Assembly: GCA_903829945.1 (NCBI GenBank)
Contig: CAIKRV010000011.1
Span: 14,255 to 78,254 of the forward strand
DNA length: 64,000 nt
Source of the DNA: an uncultured bacterium
GTDB taxonomy: Bacteria; Bacteroidota; Bacteroidia; CAILMK01
Direction of reading: 5' to 3'
Below are positions 20,012-29,917 of the stretch, piece by piece (within the stretch, counting starts at the first letter, position 1; the number at the start of each line of letters is the position of its first letter). The position numbers and the translations under genes are program-made. The notes under the pieces were generated by a model. It did no database searches and was not told where the DNA came from. It was given only the letters and a program-made list of their open reading frames with translations.

Positions 20012-20661
20012 TTTTCAGCCTTTAGAATTCTTGCTGGAAATTTTTCAACCACCCTGTAATCATGAGTAGCCATGAGCACAGCAGTACCATTTTTACTGAT
20101 TTTCCAAAGCAAACCAATAATCTCATCAGCCGTTTCAGGATCCAAATTTCCGGTGGGTTCATCGGCCAAAATTAAACCGGGATCATTAATCAAGGCCCTT
20201 GCAATTACAATGCGCTGTTGCTCACCACCGGAAAGTTCATGGGTCATTTTCAAGGCTTTATCCTCCAATCCAACCAACCTAAGTACTTCGGTAGTTTTGG
20301 AAATCATCAATTGATCATTTTTCCAACCCGTGGCTTTCATAACAAAAAGTAAATTATCCCTAACATTGCGATCGGTGAGCAATTGAAAGTCCTGAAAAAC
20401 AATACCCAACTTACGTCTTAAAAACGGTATTTGCTTATATGTCAGCTTATTAAGCTCAAAGTCCGCAACAATTCCACTACCTTCGTTTAATGGTAGTTCA
20501 CCATAAAGCATACGCAATAAACTAGTTTTTCCCGTGCCTGTTTTACCAATGAGGTAAATAAATTCACCTTTATGGATTTCCAGGTTTACATTATTGATAA
20601 TTAATGTATTATGTTGCTTTACCTTAGCATTCACCAATTTAACTAGGATATTATCATTCAT
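19987..20661 (-). CDS. ftsE: Cell-division ABC transporter ATP-binding protein FtsE.
   Basis: It carries the Walker A ([14 protein letters not shown]), the ABC signature ([15 protein letters not shown]), and Walker B ([11 protein letters not shown]). The 224-aa size is typical of FtsE. Confidence 0.7.
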   Translation of the reverse strand: MNDNILVKLVNAKVKQHNTLIINNVNLEIHKGEFIYLIGKTGTGKTSLLRMLYGELPLNEGSGIVADFELNKLTYKQIPFLRRKLGIVFQDFQLLTDRNVRDNLLFVMKATGWKNDQLMISKTTEVLRLVGLEDKALKMTHELSGGEQQRIVIARALINDPGLILADEPTGNLDPETADEIIGLLWKISKNGTAVLMATHDYRVVEKFPARILKAENYTLTDSN

Positions 20662-20867
20662 GATTTTAGTTCTAAAAGTTGCATTTTTCCGAAGGGCAAA
20701 TTGTCTATAATTGCCTTAATTTCATCAATTTGGCTACCGTACCCACATTTTTCTAAACCCTTTTCCGGTCTATCGGCACGAAAATAAGCCACTAAGGTAT
20801 AATTTTCATCCCTTAACTGAACATAATCAGGGATTTTCGATTTGCCTTTGACCTTAATTATATACAT
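20658..20867 (-). CDS. Small hypothetical protein (69 aa) coupled to ftsE.
   Basis: Its stop overlaps the ftsE start in an ATGA junction. No recognisable motif. Confidence 0.3.
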   Translation of the reverse strand: MYIIKVKGKSKIPDYVQLRDENYTLVAYFRADRPEKGLEKCGYGSQIDEIKAIIDNLPFGKMQLLELKS

Positions 20868-20979
20868 AAATTAAATTTTACTATTATAGGAAATGGAAAG
20901 AGTTTTTTATATCTTTGCCGCAACAAAGTTATATTTGTAATCAATTACATTGTATACAAATTTGTAAAACCGAAGCAAA

Positions 20980-22932
20980 ATGAATACACGTACCTTCAAA
21001 ATGAAACCGTTATTTGCAGCAGCATTTGCGGTAATTATTGCGCTGTCAGCATGCAACAGTCCCCGCAAGCTTGCTAAAGCACTTGATACCATGAAGTTCA
21101 AAACTCAACCTGAAGTTTTGGAAGTTAATGGTGATAGTGTGGAAGTTAAAGTTACAGCCAAAATTCCACCTAAGACCTTCGGAAAGAAGGCTATCGTTAA
21201 ATTTCAACCAATCCTAGTTTATGGAGATCAACAAAAAGAGCTTGATCCTATTTACTTACAAGGAGAAAAGGTGAAAGAGAAAAAAGGAAAAGTGATTAAA
21301 TACGCTAAAGGCGGATCCATTCCTTACGATAAAAAGATTGAATATACTCCTGAGATGAAAAAATCAAGACTCAGTTTAGAGTATCAAATTAAAATTGCAT
21401 CAAAGTATGATGAATTAAATCAATGCTATAGCGGCAAAAGAGATTCTTCTACTCGTGGTACAATTACAACATCCTTAAGTGTAAAACCTTATGATGATGT
21501 ATATTTTTATACCGGTAATGAACATCCTAACTTGTATGATACCAGTGTAGGTGGTGGCAAAGGCAATGCGCAATCCATGCAAACTGCAGGCAGACCAAAT
21601 CTAGTATTTTATTATGTTATCAATGAAGGTTCATTAAGAGATTCCGCAAAAAGAGGCCCTGCCGCTCGTTTATTAGCTAAACTAGTTGGCCCTAAAGAAG
21701 TTGCTAAACCTAAGAAAGATAAAAAAGGTAAAGTAATTATTGACCAAGCTGCTGATGAAAAAGCACTTAGAGAAGAAATGGAGAAAGGCGGTAAAGTAAC
21801 CGGTGTTGTATTTAAATCTTATGCTTCCCCAGATGGTGAAGTTAGTAGAAATACCACTTTGTGTCAACAACGTGCACAATCCTCTTTCGAATTTGTAAAG
21901 AAAGAATTCAAAAGATTAGGTGTGAAAGAAGTTAATGATGCCAATTTCGTAAAACAACCTGATGCCAGTGAAGACTGGGCAGGTATGAAGAAATTAGTGG
22001 AAGCTTCCAAAATGAAAGGTAAAGCTGATGTTTTAGCAATTATCAATTCCAATCAAAGTCCTGAAGAAAAAGAAAAATCTTTACGTGCAATGACTGCAGT
22101 TTGGAATGACCTTGCTAAAAATATACTTCCTAGATTAAGAAGAACTGAAGTTTATCTTCAAGGCTTAGGTCAAGTAGTGGTAGTTAACCGTACCCGTTCT
22201 GCAGATGAAATTAAAGCTGCTCACCAATCCGGTGCTGATTCTACTTTAAGCCAAAGAGAAATGTTAATTCTTGCAGCTAATATTGCAGACATGAATGAGC
22301 GTGCAAAAATTTATCAAGCATATGCTGAAAAATATCCAAACGATTGGACCGGTCAAAATAACTATGCAGCTATTACCCTTCAACAAGGTATGATGAGTGT
22401 TAAAGACGAAACTACAGCACTTAAATCTAATGCAAAAATTGACCAAGCTTTAGGCATGTTGGATAAATTACATACTCAATATCCTAAAAATGATACTATT
22501 ACCAGCAATCTTGCCGTAGCAAAACGTTTTGCACGTAAATATAATGATGCTCAAGTTGGTTACTCTACCGCTAAAACTGATGGTATGAAGGAAGCTAATA
22601 ACTTAGGTATCTTATTTATAAAATATGGTTGGTATGAAAAAGCTACTACTAGCTTTGAATCAAACCGTTGCGATTATAACGTAGCTTTGGCATACACTTT
22701 GAAAGGAAGTTATGACGAAGCATTAAATAAACTTGAATGCATTACCGACAAAAAAGCTGATGAGTACTACTTAAAAGCAATTATCGGTGCACGTAAGAAT
22801 GATAAAACTTTAATGACAACAGCTCTTACCCGCGCAATCTCAATGGATCCAAGCTTGCGTGATAAAGCTAAAAATGATTTAGAGTTTAATAAGTTCTGGA
22901 AATCATCTGAGTTTATGAATGCTGTTAAATAA
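20980..22932 (+). CDS. Lipoprotein with an OmpA-like segment and C-terminal TPR-like repeats.
   Basis: The lipoprotein signal is AVIIALSACNSP. A degenerate OmpA-like motif follows (SYASPDGEVSRNTTLCQQRAQSSFEFV). The last roughly 250 aa are helical TPR-like. The length is 650 aa. Confidence 0.45.
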   Translation: MNTRTFKMKPLFAAAFAVIIALSACNSPRKLAKALDTMKFKTQPEVLEVNGDSVEVKVTAKIPPKTFGKKAIVKFQPILVYGDQQKELDPIYLQGEKVKEKKGKVIKYAKGGSIPYDKKIEYTPEMKKSRLSLEYQIKIASKYDELNQCYSGKRDSSTRGTITTSLSVKPYDDVYFYTGNEHPNLYDTSVGGGKGNAQSMQTAGRPNLVFYYVINEGSLRDSAKRGPAARLLAKLVGPKEVAKPKKDKKGKVIIDQAADEKALREEMEKGGKVTGVVFKSYASPDGEVSRNTTLCQQRAQSSFEFVKKEFKRLGVKEVNDANFVKQPDASEDWAGMKKLVEASKMKGKADVLAIINSNQSPEEKEKSLRAMTAVWNDLAKNILPRLRRTEVYLQGLGQVVVVNRTRSADEIKAAHQSGADSTLSQREMLILAANIADMNERAKIYQAYAEKYPNDWTGQNNYAAITLQQGMMSVKDETTALKSNAKIDQALGMLDKLHTQYPKNDTITSNLAVAKRFARKYNDAQVGYSTAKTDGMKEANNLGILFIKYGWYEKATTSFESNRCDYNVALAYTLKGSYDEALNKLECITDKKADEYYLKAIIGARKNDKTLMTTALTRAISMDPSLRDKAKNDLEFNKFWKSSEFMNAVK

Positions 22933-22964
22933 TTTTTAATACTAAACCCAATATTAACTATAAA

Positions 22965-23855
22965 ATGAAGAATTTTAAGAAATTATTCCTCCTTTTCGCC
23001 ATAGGCACTTTTGCTTTGGCTTCCTGTTCAAAAACCACAGATACGACTGGTGCAAGTAATCCTAGCATTAACGTAACCCCTAGCTCTGATATAACTTTAG
23101 CGCAAGGTGCACAAGCTTCTTTTGGAATTACTGCCAATGAAAACACAAGTACTACTTCCCCGCTAACTAATCTTGAAATTAAGATTACTTATACCGGTGG
23201 CGCTAGTGTTCTTGATACTAACATTGCAATTAATAAGTTGGCTAACTACGGTTATACTTATAATTGGAACGTACCGATGTCCGCAACAAATGGAAGTACT
23301 TATACAGTTTCATTTACTGTAACTGATAACAAGTCTTATACTGCAACCACTACACGTAATATTAATGTGAAAGGTGGTTCTGTAACCAACCAAAGCGGTA
23401 CTCTTGGTGCTCAAATGAATACACTAGGAAGCTTTTATGCGAGTGCTAACGGATCCGTGTTTACGGCATCTCAAGCTAAATCTAACCAATCAGCCATTGA
23501 CTTCGTATATTATTACGATGCAACAACTAATGCTACTATTGCTGCTCCTGCTGATGCTACTGCACAAAGCACTCTTCCTTCTTATTTCAGTGGATGGAGT
23601 ACTTTCAATAACACAACCATGAAGAAAACAGCTACCAGCTCTGTTGATATCACTACACTTACTTATAGCAATATTGCTGCTGCTTACTCAAACGCAAGTG
23701 GATCTGAATCTACTAACGTTAGTAACTTAGCTGTGGGTGATGTGGTAATGTTTAAAACAGCTGCAGGTAAATATGGTGCCTTCAAGGTGAGTTCACTTAA
23801 TTCAGGTAATGTATCTACCGGCTCTATTACTATTGCTTCTGTAGTTCAACTTTAA
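22965..23855 (+). CDS. Ser/Thr-rich secreted lipoprotein, hypothetical.
   Basis: The lipobox is FALASCSKTTD. The protein is 296 aa with low-complexity S/T/N-rich beta-type sequence. A shadow ORF at 23437 lies inside it. Confidence 0.5.
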   Translation: MKNFKKLFLLFAIGTFALASCSKTTDTTGASNPSINVTPSSDITLAQGAQASFGITANENTSTTSPLTNLEIKITYTGGASVLDTNIAINKLANYGYTYNWNVPMSATNGSTYTVSFTVTDNKSYTATTTRNINVKGGSVTNQSGTLGAQMNTLGSFYASANGSVFTASQAKSNQSAIDFVYYYDATTNATIAAPADATAQSTLPSYFSGWSTFNNTTMKKTATSSVDITTLTYSNIAAAYSNASGSESTNVSNLAVGDVVMFKTAAGKYGAFKVSSLNSGNVSTGSITIASVVQL

Positions 23856-23875
23856 TACAATAAAATTTGTATACT

Positions 23876-23907
23876 AAAAAGCCCGCCCTCAAAAGCGGGC
23901 TTTTTTT
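23876..23907 (+). terminator. Rho-independent terminator.
   Basis: The hairpin is aaaaagcccgc-cctcaaaa-gcgggc followed by ttttttt, a GC-rich stem with a T7 tail. Confidence 0.85.
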
Positions 23908-24011
23908 ACGAATAATTAGAAATTTGACTTTAATTGAATTAGATTTTAGTTTTATGTGTTTTAAAAGTTCCTTGATCTAATCGCTGATTATTTATATACC
24001 TACTACTGACC

Positions 24012-26060
24012 ATGCAATTCTTATATCCTCAATTTTTATATGCACTAATTACTCTGGCTATACCGGTAATTATTCATTTATTTAATTTTAGACGATACAA
24101 GAAAATTTTATTTACCAATGTCAGATTTTTGACGGAAATCCAGCAAGAATCAAAATCGAGAAATAAGCTACGACATCTCCTACTCTTATTTATACGTTTA
24201 ATATTACTGGCATCTATAGTTATTGCCTTTGCGCAGCCTTATTTCCCAAATAAAAAAAATCTAGTCAAGCCCGGCAAAAATTATATTTGTATTTATCTGG
24301 ATAATTCATTTAGCATGACCAATATTGCAGCTCAAGGCGACTTATTGCAAATTGCTAAAAAGAAAGCTGAAGAAGCAGCAAAAGCCTTCCGAGAAAGCGA
24401 TGCTTTCCAATTATTAACCAATGATTTTGAAAGTAAACACAAACGTTGGTACAACAGGGCCGAATTCATTCAGTTATTAAATGAAGTCAACCCCAGCCCT
24501 ATCAGCAAAAAAATATCAGAAATAAATACCCGTTTTTCGGAGTCATTCAAGGAAGTTGATGCTACTAATAAATACGTTTATTTCTTTACCGATTTTCAAG
24601 AGAAAATGGCAGATTTTTCTGCACTTAAAAATGATAGTAATACCAACTATACCGCAGTTCCGTTAAAAGCCAATCAGCAAAGCAATATTTATATTGATTC
24701 CGCATGGTTTGAAAACAGCATTTGGCAAGTAAACCAAGCAAATACTGTAAAAGCAATTATTGTTAATTCAAGCGACAAGAACATAGAAGAAGGTACTCTT
24801 ACCCTTAGCATCAATGGGAAGCAAAAGGCCTTGTCAAATTTTAATTGTAATGCACATGGACGAGTTGAGGTGCGTGTTAATTTTACTATTAATGAGGAAG
24901 GTCCCAATAAAGCACAGCTACAAATAAATGATTACCCAATAACTTTTGATGATACTTGGTATTTTAGCTTCCCGGTAGCTAAGTACATCCCGGTTTTAGC
25001 CATAAATGGAGATAAAAATACACCTAATGTAACTAAAGCATTTGAAGCTGAAAAAGCATTTAAGTATGAACAATACGCCCAAGGCAATATTGATTATTCA
25101 AGTTTAAATAATTATAATTTCATCATATTAAACGAAATTTCCTCATTGAGTTCCGGGTTGGCAGCTTCTGCAAAATCTTTTATGGAACAAGGGGGTAATT
25201 TGATCCTCATTCCTAGCGGTAACAATGCTGATGAAAATACTTATAATCAGTTATTAAATAATAGCTTGGCAGGAAGAATGGAAGGCGTTTCCTTAACTGG
25301 TCAAACGATTGAAAACATAGATCTGAAAAATCCGTTTTTTGGAAATATTTTCGAGGAAACACCAAAGAACATTAATTTGCCGGAGGCAAAAAAATACTTT
25401 AAAATAGTACTAAATACTCAAAGCAGAGCGGTATCGCTTTTAAGATTTAATAATGCTGATCCATTTTTAACTATGATTCCGGTGGGCAAAGGCTTTCTGT
25501 TTGTATGTGCCGTTCCACTTGAGGCAGAATGGAGTAATTTTGCCAATCATGCTCTATTCCTTCCTTTAATGTATAAAATGGCCTTACATCATAGTGACCA
25601 AGAAAAAACCTCTTATACCCTTGGGATTGATAACTATATCAGTATTCGGACCTTATCAACTGACGATAAAGAATACATTTATAAGCTAAAAAAAGATAAA
25701 TTTGAAGAGCCTATGTCACAACGCAATATTGATGGCAATATGAATTTGTACATAGAAGGGAGAATAAAAGAAGCCGGATTTTATGATTTGGTTGGCTCAG
25801 GAACGCAAAAAGGAGAAAATAAACAGGCTTTTGCCTTTAATTATAATCGTGATGAAAGCAAAATGAAATTTCTATCCGATAAACAAATATTAGAGGATGG
25901 CAGTAAAATTGGATTAAAGCTTTTAGATATAAGTAAAGCATCGCTCACCACAGAAATAAAAGATTTAAAGCAAGGATCAGGATTATGGAAATGGTTTGTC
26001 CTGCTGGCCTTAATTTGTATTTTAACTGAAACAATATTAATTCGACTTTATAAACAATGA
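24012..26060 (+). CDS. BatA_N (N-terminal double-transmembrane) domain membrane protein.
   Basis: The N-terminus (LITLAIPVIIHLFNFRRYKKILFTNVRFL...LLLLFIRLILLASIVIAFAQP) matches the aerotolerance BatA N-terminal double-TM domain. A C-terminal TM helix follows (WKWFVLLALICILTETILI). The length is 682 aa. Confidence 0.55.
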   Translation: MQFLYPQFLYALITLAIPVIIHLFNFRRYKKILFTNVRFLTEIQQESKSRNKLRHLLLLFIRLILLASIVIAFAQPYFPNKKNLVKPGKNYICIYLDNSFSMTNIAAQGDLLQIAKKKAEEAAKAFRESDAFQLLTNDFESKHKRWYNRAEFIQLLNEVNPSPISKKISEINTRFSESFKEVDATNKYVYFFTDFQEKMADFSALKNDSNTNYTAVPLKANQQSNIYIDSAWFENSIWQVNQANTVKAIIVNSSDKNIEEGTLTLSINGKQKALSNFNCNAHGRVEVRVNFTINEEGPNKAQLQINDYPITFDDTWYFSFPVAKYIPVLAINGDKNTPNVTKAFEAEKAFKYEQYAQGNIDYSSLNNYNFIILNEISSLSSGLAASAKSFMEQGGNLILIPSGNNADENTYNQLLNNSLAGRMEGVSLTGQTIENIDLKNPFFGNIFEETPKNINLPEAKKYFKIVLNTQSRAVSLLRFNNADPFLTMIPVGKGFLFVCAVPLEAEWSNFANHALFLPLMYKMALHHSDQEKTSYTLGIDNYISIRTLSTDDKEYIYKLKKDKFEEPMSQRNIDGNMNLYIEGRIKEAGFYDLVGSGTQKGENKQAFAFNYNRDESKMKFLSDKQILEDGSKIGLKLLDISKASLTTEIKDLKQGSGLWKWFVLLALICILTETILIRLYKQ

Positions 26061-27310
26061 ATATATTAATAAAATCCGTTACAGTTATTGACCCAAACTC
26101 TGCATACCATGGGAAGGAAATTGACTTAAGTATTGAAGACGGAATTATTCAAATCTCCTCTAAAAAAGCTTCAGTATTTAATGAAACTATCAACGGAAAA
26201 GGTCTCCTTATTTCACCGGGATGGTTTGATATGCGGGTTAATTTTTATGATCCGGGCTTTGAATATAGAGAAGGTATTAAAAACGGAGCCCTTACCAGCG
26301 CAGCAGGAGGCTTTACAGGAGTTGCCTTACTTCCGGAAACAAACCCGGGCATTACCGGAAAAAGCCAAGTAGAATATATTATTAATCAAGGTCGGGACAA
26401 TATAGTTTCCATTTATCCAATGGGCTCCATTTTACAAGAAAGTGGAGAAACCATCAGTGAAATGTACGATTTGCTTCATGCAGGTGCTATTGCATTCAGT
26501 TCGGGTTATAAAGGCATCGCCGATGAAGGCTTACTGCTTCGCGCCATGCAATACAGTAGTACCATGGATGTGCCTCTAGTACTAAGTACTATTAATAAAA
26601 ATTTGTACGGAAAAGGACAAATGAATGAAGGCTTGATTAATGTACAAATAGGCATGAAGGGCATTCCTGATGTTGCCGATGAAGTAGAAATAAATAAAAT
26701 CATCAGCTTATGCCGATACACCAATGCCAAGGTTCATATCAGCGGAGTATCCGGAATAGTGGCCTTAAATCTTATTTTAAAAGCGCAAGAAGAAGGCTTA
26801 AAAATTACTTGTGACACTACGGCACATCATTTAAGTTTTGATGAAAATGATTTGCTAAATTTCAATACTCAACTCAAACTTCGCCCTCCTTTGCGAACAC
26901 AACAAGATAAAATATTTCTTCGAAATGGAGTTAAAAATGGTACCATTCAAGCAGTAGTATCAGACCATAATCCTTTGGAAGAAGATAAGAAAAAATGCGA
27001 ATTTGAAATTGCAGGATTTGGGGCATCAGGCACTCAAACAGTATATTCTCAATTGGTAAAATGTTTAGGCGACCAGGAAAAAATCGTATCCGTTTTGGCT
27101 ATACAACCCAGAGAAATTTTAGGCTTAAAAATTCCTGTTATTAATGACGGGGAAATTGCAAATATTACTTTATTTGATCCTGAGAAAAAATGGATACTTA
27201 ATGAAGAAAGTAATCAGTCCAAATCCAGAAATCATCCATTATGGCAACAGGAATTAAGCGGTAAAGCAATTGCAATTGCCAATAATTTACAATTTAGAAA
27301 GCTCTCATAA
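26057..27310 (+). CDS. Dihydroorotase-like amidohydrolase with a degenerate metal site, possibly non-catalytic.
   Basis: The DHOase fold is recognisable (GFTGVALLPETNPGITGKSQVEY, AKVHISGVS, TCDTTAHHLSF, SDHNPLEEDKK). The canonical HxH (DxHVHLREPG) is replaced by GWFDMRVNFYDPG. The start overlaps the upstream stop (ATGA). Confidence 0.65.
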   Translation: MNILIKSVTVIDPNSAYHGKEIDLSIEDGIIQISSKKASVFNETINGKGLLISPGWFDMRVNFYDPGFEYREGIKNGALTSAAGGFTGVALLPETNPGITGKSQVEYIINQGRDNIVSIYPMGSILQESGETISEMYDLLHAGAIAFSSGYKGIADEGLLLRAMQYSSTMDVPLVLSTINKNLYGKGQMNEGLINVQIGMKGIPDVADEVEINKIISLCRYTNAKVHISGVSGIVALNLILKAQEEGLKITCDTTAHHLSFDENDLLNFNTQLKLRPPLRTQQDKIFLRNGVKNGTIQAVVSDHNPLEEDKKKCEFEIAGFGASGTQTVYSQLVKCLGDQEKIVSVLAIQPREILGLKIPVINDGEIANITLFDPEKKWILNEESNQSKSRNHPLWQQELSGKAIAIANNLQFRKLS

Positions 27311-27313
27311 AAG

Positions 27314-27847
27314 ATGCGGTCCATAAAATTACCATTAGCAATTAAAATAGGATTATTAGCAGGATTTTTTTCCTCTATTCCCAATTATATTGCCTTTATA
27401 TTTAATGAACATTTATTTGTAGAGCCAAATTTAGCCGGCATCAATTTAATTGTCCAGGTATTTACACCTATCATCTCAGGAATTATAGCCGCATTAATAA
27501 TAAAAAGACAAAATGAAGGACGCATCAGTTTCAGTAAAGTGATGATTACTTTACTTACCACCGTAAGTATAGCAGTAGCCGTAAATGTATTTTTATTTCT
27601 AATACTTTTCATTCTCAGTTCCGGATTTATGCAGCGATATGCATCTATGCAAAATGACATCTTTTTGCAAAGAATGAAAGAAGGCCTTATGACCGCAAAA
27701 AATTACTCCGATTATACCATCACGGTACATAAAAATTCATTTTTAAGTGTATTAGTTACTCAAACAATTACCTTTAACTTGCTTTTAATTTTTGTCAGTG
27801 CCTTGGTATCATTAATCATAGCAACCATCATACGAAAAGAAAAATAA
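27314..27847 (+). CDS. DUF4199-like small polytopic membrane protein.
   Basis: A 177-aa protein with four predicted TM segments, 4 nt after the DHOase-like gene and 1 nt before the GT2 gene. Confidence 0.45.
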   Translation: MRSIKLPLAIKIGLLAGFFSSIPNYIAFIFNEHLFVEPNLAGINLIVQVFTPIISGIIAALIIKRQNEGRISFSKVMITLLTTVSIAVAVNVFLFLILFILSSGFMQRYASMQNDIFLQRMKEGLMTAKNYSDYTITVHKNSFLSVLVTQTITFNLLLIFVSALVSLIIATIIRKEK

Positions 27848-27848
27848 A

Positions 27849-28796
27849 ATGGATATTTCATTAGTAATTCCCTTGTATAACGAAGAAGAATCTATTCCGG
27901 AGTTATCAGAATGGATTGACAGAGTAGCCAAAGAAAATGGCTTTAGCTACGAAACTATATTCTTAGATGATGGCAGTAAGGATTCCTCCTGGGAAGTGAT
28001 AAAAAAATTAGCTTCAAATAATCCGAATGTAAAAGGAATTAGTTTTAGAAGAAATTACGGTAAGTCCGCTGCATTAAATGAAGGCTTTAGAGCCACGCAA
28101 GGCGATGTAGTAATCACTATGGATGCGGATTTACAAGACAGTCCCGATGAAATACCGGAATTATTTCAATTAATTAAAAGTGGGCAATACGATTTGGTTT
28201 CCGGTTGGAAGCAAAAAAGATATGATCCAATTTCAAAAACTTTACCGACAAAATTATTTAATTGGGCTACTCGAAAAATGAGCGGCATTTCTTTAAATGA
28301 TTTTAATTGCGGATTGAAAGCCTATAGGAAGGATGTAGTAAAAAGTATTGAAGTTTACGGTGAAATGCATCGTTATATCCCTGTAATTGCAAAGTGGGCA
28401 GGATTTACAAAAATTGGAGAAAAAGCAGTACAGCATAGAGCAAGGAAATATGGTGTTACTAAATTTGGATTAGAACGTTTTGTCAATGGTTTTTTAGACT
28501 TATTAACCATATTTTTTGTTGGAAAATTTGGCAGAAGACCGATGCATTTTTTTGGTTCATTAGGAATGTTAATGTCCATTTTTGGATTATTTTGTACCCT
28601 GTGGATTGGCGGTGCTAAATTATACCACGTTTCATTTAATATTAAGGCGGAGAAAATTACATCAGACCCTATTTTTTATTTAGCGCTGACCTGCATGATT
28701 ATAGGCACACAATTATTTTTAGCAGGATTTATTGGTGAACTCATTTCCAGAAATGGAAACGAAAGAAATTTCTACCATGTTAGAGAAAAAATTTAA
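27849..28796 (+). CDS. Glycosyltransferase family 2, polyprenyl-phosphate (dolichol-phosphate-mannose synthase-like) type with C-terminal TM helices.
   Basis: The N-terminal GT-A region (MDISLVIPLYNEEESIPE...IFLDDGSKDSS...ITMDADLQDSPDEI) carries DxD. Two C-terminal TM helices follow. The length is 315 aa. Confidence 0.8.
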   Translation: MDISLVIPLYNEEESIPELSEWIDRVAKENGFSYETIFLDDGSKDSSWEVIKKLASNNPNVKGISFRRNYGKSAALNEGFRATQGDVVITMDADLQDSPDEIPELFQLIKSGQYDLVSGWKQKRYDPISKTLPTKLFNWATRKMSGISLNDFNCGLKAYRKDVVKSIEVYGEMHRYIPVIAKWAGFTKIGEKAVQHRARKYGVTKFGLERFVNGFLDLLTIFFVGKFGRRPMHFFGSLGMLMSIFGLFCTLWIGGAKLYHVSFNIKAEKITSDPIFYLALTCMIIGTQLFLAGFIGELISRNGNERNFYHVREKI

Positions 28797-29164
28797 GCTC
28801 GCTCCTCTTGTAATTTATGGCTAAATAAACGACCTATATTTTTTGCCTTCTGTAGGGTTAATTCCGCATTCAAGCCATGAAAATTTTCATGGATCGTTTG
28901 TTCAAAAAGCATTAACCAACGTTCAAAATGCGTACTATTAATCCCTAGCGGGATATGTTTGGGATAAGGTTGACCGGTGTAACCTTGCTTGCCCAAAATA
29001 ATCATTTCCCAAAAGGAATATAAGATAGGTAAATGATGAGGTAAATCAATATGGGCTACCTCTATAAAAATCGGTCCCAATAACTCATCCTTCAAGGCCT
29101 TGGCATAAAATTCATCAATCAATGTCTTTATGTCCGCCTCGTTTTGAATATCTTTCCTTTCCAT
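28793..29164 (-). CDS. Truncated hemoglobin (2/2 Hb) family protein.
   Basis: A 123-aa protein whose proximal-His region PKHIPLGINSTHFERWLMLFEQT and the YTGQPY segment fit trHb. It is convergent with the GT2 gene and overlaps it by 4 nt. Confidence 0.5.
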   Translation of the reverse strand: MERKDIQNEADIKTLIDEFYAKALKDELLGPIFIEVAHIDLPHHLPILYSFWEMIILGKQGYTGQPYPKHIPLGINSTHFERWLMLFEQTIHENFHGLNAELTLQKAKNIGRLFSHKLQEERA

Positions 29165-29337
29165 CCTTCGAAATTACAAAAATGATAAGTAGTCAGATTA
29201 AACGTTTTTCAGTAAATTTAGTCTTAAAAAATATTGTCAAATCTTTTGAATTTCCTAAGATTTTATATTTTTGATCTAAAAAAGTCTAACCTTAAAGCAA
29301 ATAGCATTAAGACACGACCATAAAACACTTTCAAACG

Positions 29338-29917
29338 ATGATTCATCCGGATACCTATCTTAAAACAACAGCTAAAGGTTTAGGGATTTTTGCACAGCGC
29401 AATTTCAAAAAAAGGCGAGATACTATGGATTGCCGATAATATAGATGCTAAGATCCCCCTTCAAACTTATTTAGACTTAGACCCTTATCAACAATCAAAA
29501 CTAAATATTTACAGTTATCTGGATAATCAAAATAGAGTAATTGTTCCATGGGATGAAGGTAAATATGTCAATCATTCGTGCAATCCAAATTCCACGGCAC
29601 TTTTGCAATTTGACAATATTAGTATTGCTTTAAGGCCAATTCACAAAGACGAAGAAATAGTGGAAGATTACTATTCTTATTTTGGACATTTCGAAAGCTT
29701 TACGTGTAAATGCGGTGCAAAAAATTGCAGAGGGGAGGTAAAACAATTAAATTCCTTCCGACCGGCCTTGCGTTTGGATATCGCAGATATTGCCGAGCAA
29801 ATTTTAAGTCAACCGCAAACATTATTAGAAATAGACGGCGCTGAAATCAAAGAATTCAATCAACTTTTAGCTAAATTTGCTAAACAAAGAAACAGTATTT
29901 CTGTCCCTATATCATGA
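29338..29917 (+). pseudogene. SET-domain protein-lysine N-methyltransferase gene, frameshifted at an A7 tract (29407-29413).
   Basis: Frame 1 from the ATG at 29338 gives MIHPDTYLKTTAKGLGIFAQRNFKK and then stops at 29437. Frame 2 from 29390 continues ...KKGEILWIADNID...NHSCNPNS...FTCKCGAKNCRG (SET plus post-SET Cys cluster). A single A fewer in the homopolymer would restore one 192-aa ORF. Confidence 0.6.

Noticed and set aside
24252-24259. A8 tracts inside coding regions (24252-24259 in the BatA_N gene, 17474-17481 in the GNAT gene) as frameshift sites.
   Set aside because: The reading frame is continuous across both, so there is no evidence of slippage. Only the A7 tract at 29407-29413 actually breaks an ORF.
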